A stretch of 59,493 nt of DNA, the filler included. It is 3 parts of 3 records of this genome, joined end to end, with 100 filler letters (N's around TTAATTAATTAA, not from the genome) between each part and the next. Parts side by side here need not be neighbours in the genome. Positions count along the whole stretch, not along the records: positions 26,021 to 44,731 come from SRR20825019_2537; positions 44,832 to 59,493 come from SRR20825019_2538; 1 more part is not named here. One strand, written 5' to 3'. Below the pieces are notes generated by a model. The model saw only the letters and a list, made by a program, of their open reading frames with translations, was not told the DNA's origin and searched no databases. Each line of letters starts with the position of its first letter. Positions within the stretch are counted from its first letter, which is position 1. Below are positions 34,558 through 45,134 of this stretch, piece by piece. The position numbers and the translations under genes are program-made.

Positions 34558-35568
34558 ACTGGAACTAAAAGCTACTGGTGCATGACTACAGGCAAAGATG
34601 CGCTTGACTGCGTTTGTTCCAAGTTCCAGCAAATTTGTTTATAATTCAGAAACTGAGCCATGGTTTTAGGATCTATATCAGCCATATGGAGGTTGGGCGG
34701 CCGGGGTGGCCCTGGTCCTAGGCAGGCTGCCTGCGGTGGGCTATGGCGCGAAGGCCACAGAGACTACGAAAAATCCTGGGTTCTGTTCGTCAAAGGCCGA
34801 CGCATAACGACCGGACGTGTCATCAGACACGCCCAGCAGCCCTGATGATTGGCCTTTGAGTGATGCGGCATGCCGCCCAACTCGGGAAGAGCGGTTACCC
34901 GGCTATGGATGCCGCGACCGGCGGATCGTTCCAGGCGAAGCCAGCCACTCACGGCCCGGGGGCGGGACGCGATGCGACCGTGGCCCCTGATTTGGGTTAC
35001 AATCTTGGGAAAGGTCATACCCTCCATTTGGGATGTATATGCATTTAACAGGTAATCTCGACATACCGACTGGTGGATCTCGAGAACACTTCCGTCGGCC
35101 CCCCTCACTCCTGATCAGGTTGATTCACCCACCCGACCCCCACCAGGCGGTGCCTCCTCAGGCCTTGCGGCCGAGTCCTTCGGTGGGTGCGCTGGGTGAC
35201 GGGAGGCGGGTGGGGCCACGGGCGTGCCGCGCGGCGCCGCGGCTCGCGCCTCCGGCCGGCCAGGCAAGCAGACATCGCCGCATGGGCAGCAGGGCACCGA
35301 CGGCCGTGGGTCTGGGCCCAACGCTTCCGGCCGGCACATTCTCCTAGTTGCTTGGGCCAACCTTGAGTGCCGTCAGTGCACCCCGTCCAACCTCGGGCTG
35401 TCTCGACCCGAGTCAGCGAAGAGGCTCATGACGGAATAGACCCCGTTGTGGTGCCCTGTGGTGCCCTTTTCCAGTTGGGCAAGCGGCCAGACCAGGGGTT
35501 CGGACCTAATTTGTTGTGTTTATAAAGGCGTAGCGCATCGAAGAAGGAAATGAAAGTGGTGCAGAAAC

Positions 35569-36751
35569 ATGTCATCTTTATTGCGGCTGCAGCCTGCCAA
35601 CAATTTGGAGTTTAACTGTAAGTTGTGTGCCGGGACGTATGATATTTGCTGACTTTGTATCGCCAGGGTCTTCAACCGGAAAAAAGAGCGAGACTATCTT
35701 GCGCCTCGAGAATACCTCTGATGGCATTGTTGCGTTCAAGGTATGTTGAAGGCCTTGACTTTGTGCAGTGTTGCATGCCTAAGCATCCTTCAGGTTAAAA
35801 CTACACAGCCCAAGCGTTATTGCGTGAAGCCCAACTCTGGAGCTATTTCTGCAAAGGAGACTCAGGAGGTGGTCATTGCTTTCCAACCTCAAAAGGAAGA
35901 CAATGTCGCAAAAATGCCCGAGGATAAGTTCCTTGTTCAAAGTGTAGCGGTCAAGGCAAAAGATGAGGACCCTCAGTGGAGCAGTAACAAAAGTGTGACT
36001 GGCCAGAAGTTGAAGTGTGCATTTAAGCGGACGCCTGAGTTGGAGTCTGTAAGAGAGTCTCCCTCCGACAAGAGTGGGGCCACGCCTTCGTTTGGATCAG
36101 CAGTAACTTCCCAGCCAGTGGACACTAGTGTGTCGTCTCAGGTACGGTGCTCTCTATCACTCTATAGTGTGTGGGGGTGTTTTGGTGTCGCTCAGCTCCA
36201 ATACATGTCAAATTCCTTTAGTCCTTTCTGTGGGCCATTGGAAGCCGAGTTATTGGTACATTAAGGGGACGTGGGATAGAAGGACAACTCATCTGAGGTG
36301 TTGTCTGTCTATCATGGTCTCAACATCTGTTTTCATTTTTTTGTCTGTCTGCGAGTGTGTTGTGACCGATTGAATACTCTGTGTTTTAATTGGAAGTTTG
36401 GCTGACCTTGAAAATTCTGTATATAGAAGAGTGCTCCCTCGAGTGCAGCACCTTCTGATGGCAGCAACGCTGAGCTGGAAAGAATGACAAAACTTGTACA
36501 ACAACTCACTGCAGAGCGCGATCGCCTGAGGAAGTAAGTTGAAATGGCATATGGATTTGTGGAAGCCTTTATTGACTGTGTGTCGAAGTTCCCATAATGA
36601 GGCTACGCGTGCACTGCACAAAAATGCAACGGCTAATGTTACCAATAAGGAAATCGTGTCTAGTGGAGCCCCTCCTGTCCAGAGCCGCGTGAACCTTATC
36701 TGGCTCCTTCTTATTGCCTTGATTGCCTTTTTCCTCGGCCGTACTGTATGA
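35569..36751 (+). CDS. VAMP-associated protein (VAP/Scs2): MSP domain, coiled coil, C-terminal TM anchor (5 exons)
   Basis: Spliced VAFK/VKTTQPKRYCVKPNSG, DKFLVQS and the tail anchor LIWLLLIALIAFFLGRTV*. Confidence 0.92.
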
Positions 36752-36881
36752 TATTTTTTCTAAATGCATAAATTTTGCAAACCAAGTAGATTCTTTGGGT
36801 TGGGCACGTTATGCTTGCTAAGATACCTAATGAACCTTTGGTGCTTCAGGCCCTGGCTCGTACAAGCCGAGCATGTGTCCA

Positions 36882-37324
36882 TCAGGAGTGCGAATGGAAG
36901 CTATCTGATGGCAGAGCAATTAGAATACACATTGTCACCGTCACAACACGCGACAGGCTTACCTTGCCATGCCACGGATACTTGATAGGACCATCCATGG
37001 TAGCCCCCATCGTCATCACGTTCTGCATGGTTGAGTCCATATCATCGACTACAAAATTCAAAAATGGTGAGTACCCCGTAGTTGCCATCGCTTCACTAAG
37101 TATGTAGGTATTAGAGTTTCAAAACCAACAGAGCTCAACTCTGGCAAATACCCGTTTGCTGACTTGATTGCAATTCTAGCTGAATTTTCGCTATCAGCCA
37201 CTTCAGCCCACGTCTCTGATCGGTGGAAAACTTGAAGGCCCAACCCTTTTGAGAAAAATTCCGTAGTTGATGGAACATTCTTGACTAATAGGAGTACTTG
37301 ATAGAAACGAGCAGGTGAACCCAT
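36882..37324 (-). CDS. Glyoxalase/VOC family protein (2 exons)
   Basis: VLLLVKNVPSTTEFFSKGLGL..WAE, GYSPFLNFVVDDMD, GATMDGPIKYPWHGKV. Confidence 0.8.
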
Positions 37325-37924
37325 GACGAGCCTGAGGAAAAATTTGAAACTAAAGCACCAGTATATATTCGTCAAGAAGGGATTACTAGAAGAGGGTAGC
37401 AACAAACTCGTAGGTCTCAAGCTGGTTAGGTTTTCGAACAATATGATACCGACCGTTCAATGACCTGGCTGCAAGGACCAGGACTGACTGGAAAGTGACG
37501 CCGCCTGCCCGGCGCTGCCGCCGGGCAGCGTCCGTTGGGGGGCGCCGGTCGCCCCGGGGGCCCGGGGGCCGCGGGCCGCGGCCGCGCGGCCGGCCCGGGC
37601 GGCCACTCCTCCGGCATCTATGGTAAGTACTCCGGCCTCCCATGCGACTCCGGCTCCGCTCGGACTGACAGTGACCTGACCCGTCCCGCCCGCCGGGCGC
37701 GGTCCGGTCCGGGCGTCACGGTCGGGTCCGATGATCGCCACTCGTATCATGGCAGCGCCGCCCGGCCCCCGGGAGCTGAGACGGAGCCGGAAGTGGGTCG
37801 ACTCCTGTCAGTCACATGATCAGCAGTGCTGGGTACGACCGGATGCGTGCAGGTGCCGTGCATCAGTTAAAGATGTCGTGACCAGGTCCTCCAAACAACC
37901 GCAGAGTAGTGTCACCCTTACACG

Positions 37925-38750
37925 ATGACTGCCTTTGGTTGGAGAAAAGGCGGGAAAGAGCACGATTCCGTTGATGCACCCCGGCCTATTGAAAAAGTAT
38001 TGAGTGTCGACTCCCTCCCAGCGGAGGTGTCGCCTCCTCATCCTCCCAATCATGTGTCTATATTCAAAGGACAAGAGATGGATCTTAACAGTGACTCAGA
38101 TGACGATAATACTGCATATGAAATGCCAGGGAGTGCGACGTTTGGAGAAATAGAAATCGAACTGCAAGAGATTGAGGACGCTACCAAGTTTGGTTCTCAG
38201 AAACCTCACAGTAAGCAGGCGATATGCTGTGCTATATCAAAGCTGACGTGATTGTAGTTGGGAAGGCACCGAAAGTGTTCAAGATCAAGGAATATAGACA
38301 TCCTGATGATAACCTTTCTAGTCGCGCTAGGGATCACTCCGCCAACGAGCGCACCCACGAAGCGTGGATCCGTGCGTCGTTAATCACCATAACATGGGGT
38401 AAGTGCTTGAACCGGGCCACACCGCTCGTTCATATCGAAGTCGCAGGGGCCGGTATTGCAAGAATAGGAACCTCGCAGATTCTGTTCAGCATTATCGGAA
38501 TCGGCTGTCTAGTGCTAGGAACATCCATGGTTGCGTACTCAACATACAGGTTTTTTAGGAATATGCGAATGATGGCCAGGGTATAGACTTTCCCGCGTCA
38601 GATGGATCAGCTCAAACTGACGCAGATTTGCAGGCCGAGAGCAAATTCCATGTGGAGACACAGGGCATTGTCGCCGCAGTTGGCTTCATTGGCGTGGTGC
38701 TCTTTGCTCTCTTGATATTTCAAGTATTGGTGTGGGGCGGTGCTGTCTAA
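37925..38750 (+). CDS. DUF202 (YidH/Vtc1-like) small membrane protein (4 exons)
   Basis: RARDHSANERTHEAWIRASL matches the DUF202 RDxxANERTxLAWxR signature. Hydrophobic helices follow after splicing, ending at TAA 38748-38750. Confidence 0.8.
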
Positions 38751-38792
38751 GCTCATATTGCGGTTTGTCTCTGAAGCGTTCCCTACGCCAGA

Positions 38793-40037
38793 CTATCGGC
38801 GTAATCGCATGAAAAAGGCATGTTTGCAGTGCTGTGACTCCTCCGGTAGATAACGATCGTAGAAATTCAAGGCATATTGTTCTGGTTTGAATCCAAACCG
38901 CTGATACAGAACTGTTTCCATTCGAGCCGTTAGCCGACTGCCTCCACCATTCAACAATGCTCGCATACTCATCGCAGGATTCGTGGCAGACACATGAAGT
39001 GTGATATCGCGATTTGGACAAGTCTGTTAGAAATTACAGTGTTAACTATGACAAATAAGTGCGCCATTCTACCGGCCTCGGCCCTTGCCTGAATAAGGTG
39101 ATACAGCATGAACGTCCCAATTCCGTGACCCGTCCAATTAGTATGGGTCGCAATGAAGGAGACGTATCCCTCAGGTGTGATGAATCCGCAGCCAACGATT
39201 CTCTGCCCGTAGGTTGCCACAACCGAGTGTTCAGGATAGACGAGGCATTCTGACACTGAAAATAGGAGCTGTTAGAAAATGCCATCGAAGCCGAAGCTGA
39301 CGAGCTTACTGTCAATTCCTTTCCAGAATGTGTCTTCTAAGAGGCCGTTGACTCCAGCAATATGCCGAGGCCTAACGTATGAGTAGTCGATCGTGGTGAG
39401 CTTGGGTGTTATAGTGTCGTTCTTCGATGACAAGTGGTTCTTCATTTCATTGATCACACGTGCAAATGGAGGCATATTGCTTGGGTCCCTCCAAATGAAA
39501 GGCTTCAGCATGCGTCCACTGAACGGGCTCACGATGGGCCCGTTGCTGCTCTCACTATCGTTCAAGTCTGCGCTTTCTCGCCCCATAGCAGCTTGAATCA
39601 TTACTCGGCGGGCCTCCGCATGGGTAGTGGTGGCCGGTGCAACATATCTAAGCTTTCAACGTCAAAACTTTCGAGGTTTGGTGTTAAATTAAACTTGCTT
39701 TCCACCAACCTGTCCAAAGATGTTTCGTTCGCCGTGAAAGTGAGACTCGAAGGTAGATTCGATTTGGGCTTGGTTGAGTCGTCTCCTCCGGCGTAGCCCA
39801 TAGATATCTGTTTGTCCGTACCATATTTCTGCAACTTCTCCCTACCCTGCGACGCTTCGTCCAGTTCTCCCAAGCGTTGTTTCAGAGAAATCCGACCAAG
39901 TCCTCGCTCGTCCCGGCGCTGCTTTCATAGTTATGACCATCGCTCTCAAAACTAGTAAAAAGGAGAAGTTCCGCCTCACATACCATTTGGAGCCGTTTCC
40001 TTGCAGCGTTACGTTTGAACACCACGTCATCTTCCAT
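38793..40037 (-). CDS. GNAT acetyltransferase, KAT14/CSRP2BP (ATAC2)-like, multi-exon
   Basis: SPFSGRMLKPFIWRD, IDYSYVRPRHI..FWKGID, ECLVYP..VVATY, GIGTFMLYHLIQ, DITLHVSATNPAM, LYQRFGFK..NFYDRY..CKHAFFMRLRR. Confidence 0.88.
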
Positions 40038-40651
40038 TCACACTCCTGTGGCTCGATAGGTTCGGGGCGGTATTAGAGGTGGTTTTCTTCACTTAGGAAA
40101 CGAGGTGCCAATTTATTTAGGTGTCACTCGAGGCGTTTGTTGATAGCCTGCACAGCACATTCACCGGTCCAGTCAAGCCGGACAGGACCGGCTCTCATCA
40201 GGCGGTCAGTATTCTCATCAAGTGTCGGACCTCGTAGGCGGCTCAGGCTAGCCTACGTGACTACTACAGGCTGCACTCCCGTCCCGGCGGCGGGACCCGC
40301 CCGCCCGGTTGAGTTCGGTCGCCGTCCGGGGTCCGGTCGCCCGTCAGGCCCGGCCGGCCGCGGGACTGGACCTAGTCGCTGACGCTGAGCCGACCCGTCG
40401 CACTGCACTCCGGGGCACTCGGGCGCATGCTGACCGGACTGACCGGGACTGTCGGGAGTGACGGTCCGGGTCATGAGGCCGCGGGCCCGGCCCTCGTCGT
40501 CCCGGGGCCCCCGGGCACTGACGCCGCGGGCGGGGGCGCACGGAAACTGACCGACCCCGGCCGGGCCGGGCGGGGGCCGGGCGCCGGGCTCCGGCGCGCT
40601 GCACGGCAGCGGTGGGAGGGCCTCGCAGGGGCCGGTCCGCCGTGCGGTGAT

Positions 40652-42326
40652 TCAATCTATCATCTCTCCCTTCAAATACTTGATACACTCTTCGCGAACA
40701 AGCATGGCGGTCGCTGCCATCGGCACTGCTTTGTAGACGGACACTGACAGTCCGGAATAGAGACTCCTGTATCCGTAAGTTCGCCCAATGTATCTGAACA
40801 TGCCAAAAACGGTCCTAGGCATAGGATTTTCACGAGAAGGCATGTAAGGATCGTTAAGAGTAACTGGTTGGATATTTCTCATGGCGGGCTGGGGGGCATC
40901 GGCCTGGTTGATATTGGTATGGGCAAGGAAAGGTCCATGTTGCGCCTCCATCACGCGGCGAAGAGTATCGAAAGGATGAGAAGCCACCTGTCCGAACAAG
41001 GATGACACTCCACCTCCCACAACCAAAGCCTTGATGCGGTGTTCTGTGGGAACATGTTGCTGTGTGAAACGCATGAAAAGACCCATTGTATATGCTTGGA
41101 CGGACACATAAGGAACGATGGATATCAGTCCGGCCCCAATCCCACGATATAGACCTCTCCATCCTTCCTCCGCCCAGATCCTTCGAAAAGCATGAGGAAT
41201 AGACGTGTAGTATTTCTCCACTCCTTCCGCTGCAGCATGGCGCGGCACGGCCTGCAGTGTCATCCTGGTTTTCACAACATCCAACGGATGTGCAGCCAAT
41301 GTGGCCACTGCAGATGACGCTAATATTACACCCGCTCGCCTCTTTGGCTGCACCCGATCAGGATCGAGAACATGCTTTCCAATAGCGGTGAATACAAGAA
41401 TTGATATCAAGGATGTGGGGAGCAACCGGGCAATGTTGAGCCCATTCCCAAGAAACAATCCCCGAATGCCTTCGCTCCGGTATATCTCACGAAGAGCTTT
41501 TGTCACCGACCGCGTTGGCGCACTTGGCGTGTCTTTGGACATCTGTAATTCGATCTGTGACACCACCTTAAGCCTGTCCAATGGGGCTGTCAATGTTCGT
41601 GACACAACGATTGACACACATGTCGCCGCTGTGAAGCGCCTGTTAAAGAACCATTAATGCGGTACTTCAACATAATGAAGGTGCCAACCCACATTAGCTC
41701 TTTGCGCTTGGACTCCTTAATCAAAGATGTAGGAGGTAAGATTATCAGGTCATCTGAAGCAGCTACAGCTAGAGTATTAGTCGATGGCCATATTGATGAC
41801 AGGATGCGTCGTCATCATCCTTACCAGATTCAGGAATAAGTGCCCTCTCTGCCCATACCATGAGAAGATAGCTTGCAGAAAAATCTGAAATGCTTCCAAA
41901 TGCATTGCAAAAGACTTCCAATCTGCGAGACAAATAGTTTTTGTCAACTAGGCCACCACGTAGAGATGAATACATACGTAATTGGAACAGCTTTATCCCC
42001 TGGCAATATTAGCGTCATCATTGCCTCAATCTCATCATCATCTAGTTCCAAGCCCAAATCGCGCATCCCGTGTTCAATGTCAGTCTTCTCGAGAACACCA
42101 TTCTTGCTCCTGTCAAGAGTGCGGAACACTCCCTACCGCATGTATTTTTAAGAAGTACACCAAGTAAAGAAACAGTACATGCACGTACTTCTAAGACTCG
42201 CCGCGTATTCTTTGGCTCAACCTCTTCAAACCAGTTATCATCAGGAGGCAAAGGGTCCACATCGGCGATTTCGGAAATAACGCTCCACGTATCAGCGCTG
42301 TCGTCATCTTCGCTATCAGCAGTCAT
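40652..42326 (-). CDS. EF-hand-containing mitochondrial carrier (SCaMC/SLC25A23-25-like), multi-exon; 5' end uncertain
   Basis: EF-hand FRTLDRSKNGVLEKTDI and three carrier signatures: PLDRLK, PLDVVKTR and PFDTLRR. Confidence 0.87.
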
Positions 42327-43701
42327 TGATTCCAAAAAAAAAAAACAGCTATTAGGTTCACAGGAACGCTTGCAGCGTATGCGTTACTGTTCTTTCTAAT
42401 TGTGCCGGTGACTCGGCGACAGCATCAACCAAACCCTATCAACTCGATAGCGGTACGTCACCTCAAAACTAACCAGAAACATGTATAGTGACAACGCCGT
42501 TGACAAGACCAAAGCACTTTTGAAAAGACACGAACTGCCCATTTAGACTGGTGTGACAAGCAGGAGGCAATGTTGGACAACTGGTTCAGCGTGACCATCC
42601 CAGTTGAGATATCGTTTTCCGATGACCACCGGTGCGAACTGAAGAGGCGCAGAGCCCCGTGCCCGGGCACGCCGGGCTGGGCCAAACCTGGGAGTCCACC
42701 GCGATGATGGGCTGACTGGCGGCGGGCCGCGGCCCGGCCCGGCCAGCCGGAGCCGAGCGGGGCCCTCGCCGGCCCGCCCGGCGTCGCCGTCCGCGCACTT
42801 GCCCTCTATCATAGTATTGTCAATGCGGCGTCGAGGCCGGACTGCTATTTTCGTCGGCCTGACGAGCCGCGGGGCCGCGGCTCCGACCGGGCGGCTGGGC
42901 TCGGCGGGCTGATGACTGGGCCGCGTGGTGGGAACTTTCTCACCCGCACCAACCCTACCAATCGGATACCCAAACCATTGTGATGAAGATTAAATCGGAC
43001 TCTAAATGAGATTCAAGATTGTTTCGCATCGATCCAAAGGCACCCAGACCAGGCGCCGGAATTTTTCAGGATGCTGACCGACCCAGTCAAAGCGGCGCGG
43101 CTTGGGTGACTCAATGTGTGGAGGCACCAGACACTGATGAGACGATCATGAGTGTGAGGGCCGGCAGCCATGGCACTCTCCGGACGGCGGGACGCACGCC
43201 AAGGTCATCAATGAAGCGACACCCCGAGCCGTGAACCGGCGACTCAGACTGCATGAGTGAGGCTGATGACTGATGACTGAGAGAAACCCAGGTAACCGTG
43301 ATGAGTACTCACTCACTGTCGTGTCTCGGGTGAACCAAACAAGCGCGGCCGCCGACCGGACCCGGCGGGCCGGCCCCGCCGAGTGATGAGGGCGCCGCAC
43401 CCTGATCATCGCCAGCGGCGCCCGCCCCGGGCCGGGCGGCCCGGGGGGGGGCCGCCGCTGCCGGGGCGGGCCCGGCCCGCGGCGCGGCCACGCAGTGCCG
43501 GTGCGACCCGGCTCACTCGGCCGTCGGACTGATGAGTGTCCCTGTGCCCGTGGGGTCATTGACCACTGAAAGCTGGTGAACGCTGCTCGTCGCTGAGTGG
43601 CTCAGGAGAGAGGAGTCAGAGTCGGCTGCGGAGCCAGTCGCGGACTGCCTCAACAACTTTAAGAATTTGATCAGCAAACTTGAAGTCAATATTAGATCGT
43701 T

Positions 43702-44537
43702 ATGAAGTCGTCGCTTGCCCTTCTCGTTGTTTTCCTAGCGGCAGCAGATATTGTATCCGCTCAGCTCCCCATTCCTACAAGGCCACTTGGATTCTCTGTT
43801 GGTGAGCCTGGTGCCCCTGTGGTTCTGGATGCCTACTTTGACTTGATGTGTAAGTCCGCACAACAATGACATAAACTCACGCGCTGACATGTTCCTCAGG
43901 CCCCGACTCTCGTTCCATCTGGCCCGGTGTTCGCGATACCATTGAGCACTACGGATCTAAGAACATCCGCTTCAACTTGCTTCCCTTTGCCCTCCCTTAT
44001 CACCATAACTCCTATTACGCCAACCAGGGTGCTGTGGTTGTTGGAGCTGCGAAGGATAGCGCTGCTGTGTACAAGTACATGGAGTTGGTCTACAAGCACC
44101 AGGAGTCCTTCAACAATGCACCCACCTTCCACTCCGCTCCTTCAGATGTCCAGAAGGCACTCGCGAACTTGGTCGAGGAGGAAGGCATCATGTCTGCTGC
44201 TGACTTCATTAAGGGACTCACTGGAAGCTCCTCCGACAATGATACTCGCACATACTGGAAGTACGCCTGTAGCCGTGCTGTTGCCGGCACTCCAACGATG
44301 ATGGTGAATGGAGTGGTAGTCCAGGCTAGCTTGTCTTGGGGAGTGAAGGAGTGGAGCCAAGTTCTCGATCCGTTGATCCACCCCACCATGCGCTCTGCTG
44401 CCGCTCACCGGTTGGCTCTTGTCAGCGACGATGATACCTGCCCTTCTGGAACCGAACGTTGCGACTATCTCCCCGGAAAGCACGAGTGCTGCACCAAGGG
44501 CCACTTCTGCGTCCCCAACGTTGGATGCAGATGCTAA
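43702..44537 (+). CDS. Secreted DsbA/thioredoxin-fold protein (CPDS) with a Cys-rich C-terminal tail (2 exons)
   Basis: Signal peptide, QLPIPTRPLGF, spliced YFDLMCPDS, PFALPYHHNS and WKYACSRAVAGTPTMMVNGV. Confidence 0.82.
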
Positions 44538-44731
44538 TCTGAAGCGAAGCCCTGCGCTGCAGCCCTCATCGCTTGTAGTTGTGAGGATTGCATGTGTCGT
44601 GCTAACACCACAGACCCTTGTAGTGCTGAGTAAATGTTGTAATTGTTTAATTCTTTGAAGGGCTGGTGTGGCGGCAAGCAAGTGAAGCAGACGGGCACGG
44701 GGTGAACGTGTCCTGGCTTTGAGCCAGTACC

Positions 44732-44831
44732 NNNNNNNNNNNNNNNNNNNNNNNNNNNNNNNNNNNNNNNNNNNNTTAATTAATTAANNNNNNNNNNNNN
44801 NNNNNNNNNNNNNNNNNNNNNNNNNNNNNNN
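44732..44831. other. Artificial contig-joining spacer (N44-TTAATTAATTAA-N44)
   Basis: Identical to the spacer at 25921-26020. Confidence 0.97.
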
Positions 44832-44924
44832 TCCTACAGTACCGGCCGATCGGAGATAGGCTTGGTCAAGGCGGGTAAGATGCTTGGCGACATCAGCACA
44901 CATTAAAAGGTTAGATTTGTTCAT
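44832..44924 (-). CDS. Possible 5' fragment of a further gene in the minus-strand cluster
   Basis: ATG at 44924 follows an AT-rich gap, and the frame is open to the contig end (MNKSNLLMCADVAKHLTRLDQAYLRSAGTVG). No family recognised. Confidence 0.35.
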
Positions 44925-45134
44925 TTGTCGATAGAAAAACTTTAAAACTCTTGTATTGTGTTGGGTGCGGAAGTTCAATTTAAATGGGCAATAATAATGA
45001 TTGTGTTGAAGAAATGAATACGTACATGCAAAACAGAACTGTAAATACGTCTACAATAATAGATGGAGAAGATACATGAAGAATCATTATAGTTGGAATA
45101 TCCCAGTGTTTATGTTGGGATCTAACCACTAGTT

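Noticed and set aside
43525..43600. Hammerhead ribozyme (CTGATGA...GAAA)
   Set aside because: The stem II register is off (AGTG/CACT consumes core A9), and I found no convincing stems I/III or cleavage triplet. The CTGATGA copies near 43263-43286 lack a stem II.
133..44537. Fragmented ORFs suggesting pseudogenes, frameshifting or stop-codon reassignment (e.g. TGA at 838-840, myosin, Mgm101 and GNAT pieces)
   Set aside because: Every break I traced is resolved by a short canonical GT-AG intron that restores conserved motifs in the standard code.
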